Origin: Candidatus Poribacteria bacterium
Lineage (GTDB): Bacteria > Poribacteria > WGA-4E > WGA-3G
Assembly: GCA_965198235.1 (NCBI GenBank)
Contig: OZ240248.1
Location: forward strand, 3,040,001 to 3,104,000
Length of the DNA: 64,000 nt
Reading direction: 5' to 3'
Shown here: piece by piece, positions 39,798 through 47,417 of the stretch
How positions within the stretch are numbered: position 1 is the stretch's first letter
How the letters are laid out: every line of letters starts with the position of its first letter
Translations under genes and position numbers: made by a program
Notes under the pieces: model-generated
Databases searched by the model: none
What the model was told of the DNA's origin: nothing
What the model saw: the letters and a program-made list of their open reading frames with translations, nothing else

Positions 39798-40229
39798 TTA
39801 GGATACAGTTGTGATCGGGATCTCGGTCGGTTTTACGACTTCCGGCTTCGGAATGGAGAGCATCAACACACCGTCGTTAAATTCGGCTTTGATATTGTCT
39901 GTCTCCACTTCCTCTGGGAGCGCGAATCTCCGTTGGAAACTGCCGTACCGCCGTTCAACTCTGCGATAGTTTTGCGTATCGTCCACCTTTTCCTGCCGTT
40001 TCTCCCCGCTGAGCGTCAAGAGGTTATCTTTGACAGAGACATGGAGGTCGTCCTTGGCGACCCCGGGTAGCTCAGCGCGGACTTCAAAGCCATCGTCTGT
40101 TTCCGAAATATCAACCGAGGGTACCCAATTGTATCTATCCGCATCGCTCCTTGTGTGTTGAGGCGCGAAAAACGGACTGTAGAATCTGAATAGATTTCCT
40201 GTTGGTCTGTGTAAGGTCAAATAAGTCAT
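39798..40229 (-). CDS. Hsp20/alpha-crystallin small heat shock protein
   Basis: PSVDISET, AELPGV, LSGEK, ERRYGSFQRRF, A.F.DGVL...IPK. Confidence 0.95.
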   Translation of the reverse strand: MTYLTLHRPTGNLFRFYSPFFAPQHTRSDADRYNWVPSVDISETDDGFEVRAELPGVAKDDLHVSVKDNLLTLSGEKRQEKVDDTQNYRRVERRYGSFQRRFALPEEVETDNIKAEFNDGVLMLSIPKPEVVKPTEIPITTVS

Positions 40230-40268
40230 TTTTTTCTCCTTTTGAATTTTGTTTCTGTAGATGTTAGA

Positions 40269-40372
40269 GGCAAGTTCTATGCCAAATAGGTTGCAAGTTT
40301 TGTGCCAATCTCTTCTGAGGCGATCCGAAGGTGTTTGCCTCTCTGTGTGTATATTGAGCAAATTCCGTGCCA
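40269..40372 (-). promoter_or_regulatory. Three sigma54 (-24/-12) promoter motifs upstream of hsp20
   Basis: Minus strand: TGGCAC-GGAAT-TTGCT (40357-40372), TGGCAC-AAAAC-TTGCA (40292-40307), TGGCAT-AGAAC-TTGCC (40269-40284). Confidence 0.75.
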
Positions 40373-40693
40373 AAGTCGACATATCCAGTCTCGGTAGGCA
40401 TCAACTCCGTAGAGATAGGTCTCGTACCTACCGAGTAGGAACGCCGATATATCAGGGTTCATATCCATAGGGGTAGGTCTTGTGCCTACCCAGTAGGTCT
40501 CGTACCTACCCTGTGGGAACGACATTGATATAAGACATATACAACACAACTCGTGGAGATTCAGGTGGGAAATACAAGAAATGGGTTCGCCAAATTGGCA
40601 CAACCCTTGCCATTGTGGCGTTGTCTGGAGGTCAAAATGGCTTTGATAGATGAGAGAATGATTGAGGTGCGTTTTCTACGCCTATGGTTGGTG

Positions 40694-41347
40694 TTAAGAC
40701 ATTGAGTCGCGCTCTTGGATCCGCGTTCGGATGCTCGCGACAAGCGTGTACAATGCAACTGGGTTTTCATCTTGGAATGGGATAATCAGATCAGCATACT
40801 GCTTGCAGGGTTCGGTATAGACAGGGAAGTTAGGGAGGACATCGCGCCGATACCAGTTAATAGCCCACTCCAGATCACCCCCGCGTTGTGCAACATCACG
40901 GAGCATCCGGCGCAGGACACGTTCATGTGCATCTACATCAAGGAATAGTTTAATGTCCATCAAGTTTCGTAAATCTTCACTCCAAAAGATGAGATGTCCT
41001 TCCACAATAACGACCTTGCTCGGTTGCACGCTCGCTTTTTCGCCGCCGCGTTGCGCGGCACGCGTGCCGGGGGTGGGTGTGTTGATCGCATCGCCATCGC
41101 GAAGTTTCTTGATGTCTGCGATGAGGGCATCCCATAGAACGGCATCCGGATGATTCGCAGTGATGACTCGTTCCCGTTCCGCTTCCGAGTATTCTGACCA
41201 GTCGCGAAAATAGGAATCCTGATTTAGCACGACAGGCGAGAATTCCGTGAGTTGTTCTGCCAAGGCACTCGCGAACGTCGTCTTTCCAGAAGCGGAACCC
41301 CCCATAATCCCAACGGTCATCGGTCTGAAATGTTCTGGTTTCGGCAT
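40694..41347 (-). CDS. udk: Uridine kinase family protein
   Basis: GGSASGKTT, QDSYF, NHPDA, IVEG, RRMLRDVAQRG, EPCKQYADLII. Confidence 0.85.
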   Translation of the reverse strand: MPKPEHFRPMTVGIMGGSASGKTTFASALAEQLTEFSPVVLNQDSYFRDWSEYSEAERERVITANHPDAVLWDALIADIKKLRDGDAINTPTPGTRAAQRGGEKASVQPSKVVIVEGHLIFWSEDLRNLMDIKLFLDVDAHERVLRRMLRDVAQRGGDLEWAINWYRRDVLPNFPVYTEPCKQYADLIIPFQDENPVALYTLVASIRTRIQERDSMS

Positions 41348-41459
41348 AGTTTTCTCCGTAGTGTCCTCTTTTCGCATATTAGCACACCTTGATTTAGCAG
41401 TCAACACTATTTTATCGGTTGAAAATTGGCTTCACACCTATGGTTGCAAAAAAAGAAAT

Positions 41460-41488
41460 TTGACTTGTATAAAAAAATGTGTTATTAT
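41460..41488 (+). promoter_or_regulatory. Sigma70-type promoter for the aroF-leuA leader
   Basis: TTGACT-N17-TATTAT. Confidence 0.55.
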
Positions 41489-41802
41489 ATAATAGGATTA
41501 GTCATTTTACAGGAAATTACGGCGTACCCTTTTCAAAGTGCTATTCCTTGTGAAAAATACCGTCTTATATTACAATAAAGATATCCGCTTTGATAGCGGA
41601 GTTTGCTTTCAGAACATTAGGGTCGGGACTTTTTACCCTAATTTTTAGGACCTTGATGATGCGAACGCTTCAACGTAATACTACCACAGCACAGATACCT
41701 CATGTCCGGGTTGCTCCAGCCTCTTTACGGAACGCTTCCCTCTATGCATGGTCTCTTTTTACGCCTCTTACAAGCAAAGGTTTGTTTGAAGGCTTTTTTG
41801 GA

Positions 41803-41850
41803 TTGTATCTGTACCTGTACTTATATTTGTACAGCAACGACAGGTGGTGA
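41803..41850 (+). CDS. Putative attenuator leader peptide (LY)5SNDRW
   Basis: TTG TAT CTG TAC CTG TAC TTA TAT TTG TAC AGC AAC GAC AGG TGG TGA. The start could instead be TTG at 41782, adding FEGFFG. Confidence 0.7.
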   Translation: MYLYLYLYLYSNDRW

Positions 41851-41941
41851 AGGTTCGTAGGCGGTGCCTATATTACAAAAACTAACCGATTCAATTATCA
41901 CCACCCGGCGTTGAAAAAATTCAATGTTGGGTATTTTTTTT
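41843..41941 (+). terminator. Attenuator: antiterminator overlapping an intrinsic terminator
   Basis: GGTGGTGA (41843-41850) pairs with TCACCACC (41898-41905), which overlaps the stem ACCCGGCGTTGAA/TTCAATGTTGGGT followed by a T-run. Confidence 0.75.
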
Positions 41942-41980
41942 AACCGAATTTGATTTGCGACAGACAGGATTATTTTCGGT

Positions 41981-42097
41981 GCAGCTTGCAAACCGAAAAC
42001 TTGCTATTAAGAAGGCGGTGTCGCTTGCGAACCGGAAACTTGCTATTAAGAAGGCGGTGCAACTTGCGAACCGAAAACTTGCTATTAAGAAGGCGGA
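41981..42097. repeat. Tandem repeat, 3 x 39 bp, ending at the aroF RBS
   Basis: Unit is approximately GCAGCTTGCAAACCGAAAACTTGCTATTAAGAAGGCGGT. Confidence 0.92.
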
Positions 42098-42102
42098 GGT
42101 AG

Positions 42103-43128
42103 TTGAAAAGCATGGTAATCGTTACCAAGACCGATGCGACACAAGCAGATGTCAATGCTGTTGTAAAACGGATCGAAGATGTAGGATTGAAAGCACAAGT
42201 CTCAGTCGGCGAGAGACACACTGTGATCGGTGTCATAGGAGATAAAACATTGCTTGGTGATATTCCGATAGAGTCAATGTCCGGTGTCGACCGAACGATG
42301 CCCATTACGGCACCGTTCAAATTGGCAAGCCGTGAGTTTCGGGATGAACCGACGGTTGTTGCAGTCAACGGCACAAAGATTGGTGGGCGGCAGGTGCCCG
42401 TCATTGCCGGTCCGTGTGCAGTAGAAAGCACGGAACAGATCGTAACCATTGCTCGGCAAGTTCGGAGTGCCGGTGCCAGTTTCATCAGAGGCGGTGCCTT
42501 TAAACCCAGAACAGGACCTTATAGTTTCCAAGGTTACGGCGAAGAGGCTCTCAAAATGCTGGGGGCGGCGAAAACCGAAACCGGACTCGGCATTGTCACC
42601 GAGGTCATGACCCCGCACGAAGTCGAACTCGTTGGTGAATATACAGATATGTTCCAACTCGGCACGCGGAACATGACAAATTTCTATCTGTTGCGTGAAG
42701 TGGGACGTGCAAATAAGCCTGTAATCCTCAAGCGCGGGATGTCGGCGACAATTGAGGAATGGCTCCTTGCCGCCGAGTATATCCTCGCAGAAGGAAATCC
42801 CGGTGTCATTCTCTGTGAGCGCGGTATTCGGACTTTTGAAACGCACACCCGCAACACACTTGATTTGAACGCCGTGCCTGTTATTCACGAATTAAGCCAC
42901 TTGCCTATTATTGTTGATCCGAGCCACGGCACGGGTATTCGGAGTCTCGTATGTGATATGACAAAGGCATCTGTGGCTGCAGGGGCAGATGGATTGTTAC
43001 TTGAAGTACATCACGATCCAGATCATTCAATGACGGGAGATGGCGCGCAGTCGCTGTTCCCAGATCAATTCGAGACCCTGATGCGAGAACTGAAGCCGAT
43101 TGCCATCGCTGTCGGTCGTGACATCTAA
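42103..43128 (+). CDS. aroF: 3-deoxy-7-phosphoheptulonate (DAHP) synthase, type I-beta with N-terminal regulatory domain
   Basis: IAGPCAVE, RGGAFKPRT, QLGTRNM, LKRG, CERGIRTFE, DPSHG. Confidence 0.95.
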   Translation: MKSMVIVTKTDATQADVNAVVKRIEDVGLKAQVSVGERHTVIGVIGDKTLLGDIPIESMSGVDRTMPITAPFKLASREFRDEPTVVAVNGTKIGGRQVPVIAGPCAVESTEQIVTIARQVRSAGASFIRGGAFKPRTGPYSFQGYGEEALKMLGAAKTETGLGIVTEVMTPHEVELVGEYTDMFQLGTRNMTNFYLLREVGRANKPVILKRGMSATIEEWLLAAEYILAEGNPGVILCERGIRTFETHTRNTLDLNAVPVIHELSHLPIIVDPSHGTGIRSLVCDMTKASVAAGADGLLLEVHHDPDHSMTGDGAQSLFPDQFETLMRELKPIAIAVGRDI

Positions 43129-43337
43129 CTTTTTAATGATTGCGTTTTTGTTCATTTTTTGTCGATGGCAAAAAATGCCCAGCTGATACAATTTAAAAGG
43201 CGATGAAGTTGGCGGTGTTGGTTATGTTATGTTGTCTGATGCTTTTAAATTTGACAATACCCTTTTGACAGCATCAGACTTCTCTCGCAACTTGCAAACT
43301 TTATCCGCCCCTGATTCAAATTTGGAGGAACAGAGCC

Positions 43338-44891
43338 TTGGACGATTTTCAAAACAACCCGCAGAAGGTTTATATTTTCGATACAACGCTCCGCGATGCT
43401 GAACAGACACCCGGCGCTGCGCTCGGTATTGAGGAGAAACTGGAGATTGCCAAGCACCTCGCCAAATTAAATGTTGATATCATTGAAGCAGGATTCCCAA
43501 TTTCGTCGCCGGGAGATTTCGACGCTGTCAAACGGATAGCCAACGAAGTTGAAGGACCGGAAATCTGTGCACTCTCTCGCGTTGTCGAGAAGGACATTAC
43601 TGCCGCATGGAAAGCTATTGAGGATGCACCACGCGCCCGTATCCACACTTTTGTCGGTACATCACCGATTCACATGGGACGCATCACACGGACGACCCCC
43701 GAAGATACACTTCGGATGGCAACCGATGCAGTCGCCTATGCAAAGAGTTTGTGTGAAGGACATCCGGATGCGAATGTCGAATTTTCACCAATGGACGCGG
43801 GACGGACGGAATTAGCGTTCCTTTATGAGGTCGTTGAAGCAACGATCGCAGCAGGGGCAACTGTTGTCAATATCCCGGAAACCGTCGGATGGACAGTACC
43901 AACGGAATTTGGTGACTTAATTAAAGGCATCATGGAAAATGTCCCGAATGTTAACGATGCCATTATTAGTGTACACTGTCATAACGACCTTGGTTTAGCG
44001 GTGGCGAACAGTCTTATAGCAGTTGAGCAGGGCGCACGGCAGGTGGAGTGCACCATCAACGGACTCGGAGAACGTGCTGGCAATACCTCACTGGAAGAGG
44101 TCGTCATGGCGATCCGAACCCGACGTGACTACTTCAAAGCGTATTACACCGATATTAACGCAAAAGAGATCGTTCCAATCAGCCGGCGTGTGAGTCGAAC
44201 AATGGGCATTGCCGTTCAACCGAACAAGGCGATTGTGGGTGCGAACGCATTCGCACACAGCTCGGGTATCCATCAGGACGGTATCATCAAATCGCGCGTA
44301 ACCTTTGAAATCATTGATCCGAAAGAGATCGGATGGAAAGAGAGTCAGCTGATTCTCAGCCCGCGTTCCGGCCGCAACGCGCTCAGACACCGACTCAACG
44401 AACTCGGCTACGAAGTGGACGCGGATCAGTTGGACAAAGTCTATGAAAGATTCCTGCGGGTCGCTGATAAGAAGAAAGCCGTGCAGGATGCTGACCTTGA
44501 AGCGATCATGAGCGATGAAATTCGCTCCATTCCTGCTGTCTTTGAGCTGGATTACATCCAAGTCGTCAGTGGAACGAGAATCGCATCGACAACGACGGTC
44601 GGTATTCGGACGGAAGATGGTGTGGTTGAGAGAGCCTCAACTGGGGACGGACCGGTGGATGCGGCATTTAAGGCGATTAACCAAGTTGTCGACATGCAGC
44701 TAAACCTCATGGATTACCAGATCCGTTCCGTAACCGAAGGGGAAGACGCTATTGGTGAAGTCTCGCTGAAGGTACAAGACAACGGAAACATCATCACCGG
44801 ACACGGTGCCAGCACAGACATCATCGAAGCAAGTGCGCGGGCTTACATCCACGCTGTTAATAAGTTAATTCAGATCCGTTCGGAAGGATAA
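43338..44891 (+). CDS. leuA: 2-isopropylmalate synthase
   Basis: FDTTLRDAEQ, EAGFP, HCHNDLG, INGLGERAGN, NKAIVGANAFAHSSGIHQDG, GDGPVDA regulatory domain. Confidence 0.95.
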   Translation: MDDFQNNPQKVYIFDTTLRDAEQTPGAALGIEEKLEIAKHLAKLNVDIIEAGFPISSPGDFDAVKRIANEVEGPEICALSRVVEKDITAAWKAIEDAPRARIHTFVGTSPIHMGRITRTTPEDTLRMATDAVAYAKSLCEGHPDANVEFSPMDAGRTELAFLYEVVEATIAAGATVVNIPETVGWTVPTEFGDLIKGIMENVPNVNDAIISVHCHNDLGLAVANSLIAVEQGARQVECTINGLGERAGNTSLEEVVMAIRTRRDYFKAYYTDINAKEIVPISRRVSRTMGIAVQPNKAIVGANAFAHSSGIHQDGIIKSRVTFEIIDPKEIGWKESQLILSPRSGRNALRHRLNELGYEVDADQLDKVYERFLRVADKKKAVQDADLEAIMSDEIRSIPAVFELDYIQVVSGTRIASTTTVGIRTEDGVVERASTGDGPVDAAFKAINQVVDMQLNLMDYQIRSVTEGEDAIGEVSLKVQDNGNIITGHGASTDIIEASARAYIHAVNKLIQIRSEG

Positions 44892-44908
44892 TATTTTTAA
44901 ATACAATT

Positions 44909-44946
44909 CGGCGAAAGGGGTGTTGAAGCCTCTTTCGCCGTTTTTT
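44909..44946 (+). terminator. Intrinsic terminator after leuA
   Basis: CGGCGAAAGGGG...CCTCTTTCGCCG followed by TTTTTT. Confidence 0.8.
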
Positions 44947-45035
44947 CATCGTGTTTCCGAGTCTACATTCCGAACCTAAAGGACCGGGATTTTAACTCGG
45001 AAACGTGATAGAACTTTCTACTTTTTCGCTGAAAA

Positions 45036-46523
45036 CTACCAATCCTCAACCAGTTGGACCAACAGCCGCACACCGTAGCCGGATGCCCCTTCAGGGATAT
45101 AGGTAGAACCCTTCATACCCCAAGCAGTGCCAGCGATATCAAGATGCACCCACGGATAGCCTTCTGCGAATTTCTTCAAGAACGCACCGCCTGCAATCGT
45201 TCCAGCAGTGCCGTCACCGATATTCTGTACGTCCGCGACCTTGCTTTTAACCCCTTCATCGTAATCGTCCCAAAGCGGCAATTCCCAAACCCGTTCATGT
45301 GTCTTTACGGCTGCCGATTTCACTTTCGACATGAGTTCCTGATCCGTACTCATTGCCCCAGCCGCGATATGTCCTAAACAGGTTATAACGGCACCAGTGA
45401 GCGTCGCTAAATCAACAACACCCTTCGGATTATACTGTGCTACCCATCCGAGAGCATCTGCTAACACCAACCGTCCCTCAGCATCGGTGTTGAGGATCTC
45501 AATCGTTTTGCCGCCGTAGGCGGTGACGACATCACCCGGCTTAACAGCCGTCCCACTCGGCATATTTTCAGTCGCCGCAATCACACCGATGACGCGCACG
45601 TTTGGCTTCAGCTGTCCAATCACCTGCATCGCGCCTATCACAGCAGCAGCACCCGACATGTCATGCTTCATCTCGTGCATACCACCTCCGGATTTCAGAG
45701 AGATACCACCTGTGTCGAAGGTAATCCCTTTTCCAACAAGCACGACGGTGTCTTGTCCTTCGCCGTCTGGTGTATATTCCAGAATAATAAACCGAGGTTC
45801 TTCAACACTGCCCTGCGCAACAGCGAGGAGTGTACGGAAGCCTTTTTCTTCGAGGGTCGCTTTGTCAAATATTTCGCAATTGAGTCCCGCCGTTTCTGCC
45901 ACCGTTTGTGCCTTTTCAGCGAGTTGTGTCGGTGTGAGATAGTTTGCGGGTTGGTTACTGAGGTCGCGAGCAAGGAGTGTGCCGTTGGCCATCGTTTCAC
46001 CGCGCGCCACGGTGTCTTCTATCGTTGCCTTGATTTGCTCGTTTTCAACTAAAAACGTAATAGATTCAAGCTTCTTTTTTTTATCCTCATCGTCGGTATC
46101 CGTTTTGTGTTCGTTGAACTGATAGAGTGCAAGAAGGCTTGCCTCCGCGGCGGCTTGAATCATTTCAGGGGTGGCTTCAATAGGAATCGGAATTGCGGCG
46201 GTACTTAAACCCATGTCGCGGATCGCCCGCGCGGCGTTACCCGCTGCCTCACGCACCTTCTCAACAGTGAGATCGTGATATTCACCCAAACCCACCAAAA
46301 GCACACGCGGTGCCGTGATGGCTCCGTTTGTATAGAGCCAGCGGGTCGTCTTGTGTTTGCCTGTGAAATCACCGAGGTTCATCACTTCACGAATGCGTCC
46401 GCCGAGAGCTTGTTCTATGTTTTGGAGAGGTGCGCTATAGAAATCCGGGTTTTCCAACACACCAATAGCGATGACATCGGTCTGCTCTTGGGCAAACCCG
46501 CCGGTTTTGACAGTAATATTCAT
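45036..46523 (-). CDS. pepA: Leucyl aminopeptidase (M17)
   Basis: GKGITFDTGG, MKHDMSG, NTDAEGRL, ATLTGA, HLDIAG. Confidence 0.96.
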   Translation of the reverse strand: MNITVKTGGFAQEQTDVIAIGVLENPDFYSAPLQNIEQALGGRIREVMNLGDFTGKHKTTRWLYTNGAITAPRVLLVGLGEYHDLTVEKVREAAGNAARAIRDMGLSTAAIPIPIEATPEMIQAAAEASLLALYQFNEHKTDTDDEDKKKKLESITFLVENEQIKATIEDTVARGETMANGTLLARDLSNQPANYLTPTQLAEKAQTVAETAGLNCEIFDKATLEEKGFRTLLAVAQGSVEEPRFIILEYTPDGEGQDTVVLVGKGITFDTGGISLKSGGGMHEMKHDMSGAAAVIGAMQVIGQLKPNVRVIGVIAATENMPSGTAVKPGDVVTAYGGKTIEILNTDAEGRLVLADALGWVAQYNPKGVVDLATLTGAVITCLGHIAAGAMSTDQELMSKVKSAAVKTHERVWELPLWDDYDEGVKSKVADVQNIGDGTAGTIAGGAFLKKFAEGYPWVHLDIAGTAWGMKGSTYIPEGASGYGVRLLVQLVEDW

Positions 46524-46601
46524 AAATGCTCCTTTTTCTGAGTTTTCAGTTTTCAGTTAAGAGGTTTTCGTTTAACAGCACCTTCTTGTAACTGTTAACT
46601 G

Positions 46602-46925
46602 TTAACTGTTAACTAAATTGTTAGAAGACCGCATTCCCGTCAAGACCACCAATGGCTCCTCGCCTGTGACAGTGATTGAATGATAGGTGTTCGCGGGAAC
46701 ATCCATCCGATCGCCGGGTTCGACAGTCCCCTGTTCATCGGCGACCTTCACACCAGCTGTGCCAGACAGCACACAGACGACTTCATCTAAGGTGTGGATA
46801 TAATCAAGGTAGGCACCACCGGGACGACCTGTCCACTCATAGGCATCAAAGCCTTCAGATTTTAACTGTTGCTTTAAGGCATCAGCGTCTGGGTGCTGTT
46901 CTGACCAGCGTGATTTCCAGTTCAT
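46602..46925 (-). CDS. Cupin domain protein
   Basis: H...EVVCVLSG...PGD...VPANTYH. Confidence 0.85.
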   Translation of the reverse strand: MNWKSRWSEQHPDADALKQQLKSEGFDAYEWTGRPGGAYLDYIHTLDEVVCVLSGTAGVKVADEQGTVEPGDRMDVPANTYHSITVTGEEPLVVLTGMRSSNNLVNS

Positions 46926-46937
46926 AAAAAATCTCCT

Positions 46938-47114
46938 TTAATCCCCAAGCATTTTAAGAATATGCTTTGCTAACACATCTTTGATTTCCCTATGGCGCGG
47001 AACTGGCTGAGAAACGCGGGTACCCGGATTCTGGTACCAATCATGCTTCGCACCATGACGAATGAGCACACACCCTATCTTTTTTAACTCACGAATCAAG
47101 TCTCGTCTTTTCAT
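46938..47114 (-). CDS. hicA: HicA family toxin (58 aa, not in the ORF track)
   Basis: MKRRDLIRELKKIGCVLIRHGAKHDWYQNPGTRVSQPVPRHREIKDVLAKHILKMLGD. ATGA overlap with hicB. Confidence 0.85.
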   Translation of the reverse strand: MKRRDLIRELKKIGCVLIRHGAKHDWYQNPGTRVSQPVPRHREIKDVLAKHILKMLGD

Positions 47115-47302
47115 GCAATCCGTAATTCAGCAACCTTTCGAATACACGGAATAGTCCCGCTCGTGAGTTCCTTGTAAATATCAAGAAGGTTTTCCTCTAA
47201 GGCTTCTATGGTTTCGCCCTGCGTCCAATAATCGGGATATGCTTCCAGATATCCGATAAATACTGTTTCATCTTGCCAGTAAATGTACTTTTGCGTTTTC
47301 AT
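47111..47302 (-). CDS. hicB: HicB-like antitoxin
   Basis: YWQDETVFIGYLEAYPDYWTQGETIEALEENL. Confidence 0.82.
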   Translation of the reverse strand: MKTQKYIYWQDETVFIGYLEAYPDYWTQGETIEALEENLLDIYKELTSGTIPCIRKVAELRIA

Positions 47303-47417
47303 AGACAGTATCCTATACGTTTTGTTTGTTGTCGTTTTCTGATGGTGGTACCTGACCTTCCACGTAACACTTCAACCGATCTCGAAAGTTAGAAAGGCAT
47401 ACCACACTAAAAAATTC

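Noticed and set aside
40269-40372. CIRCE/HrcA operator upstream of hsp20
   Set aside because: No TTAGCACTC-N9-GAGTGCTAA inverted repeat; the motifs fit sigma54 spacing instead.
41590-41781. Full 86-aa ORF or a T-box riboswitch upstream of aroF
   Set aside because: Only the last 16-23 codons look functional, and no T-box UGGNACC motif is seen next to the terminator.
41955-42245. ORF with LANRKLAIKKAV repeats
   Set aside because: A by-product of the 39-bp tandem repeat; it overlaps aroF out of frame.
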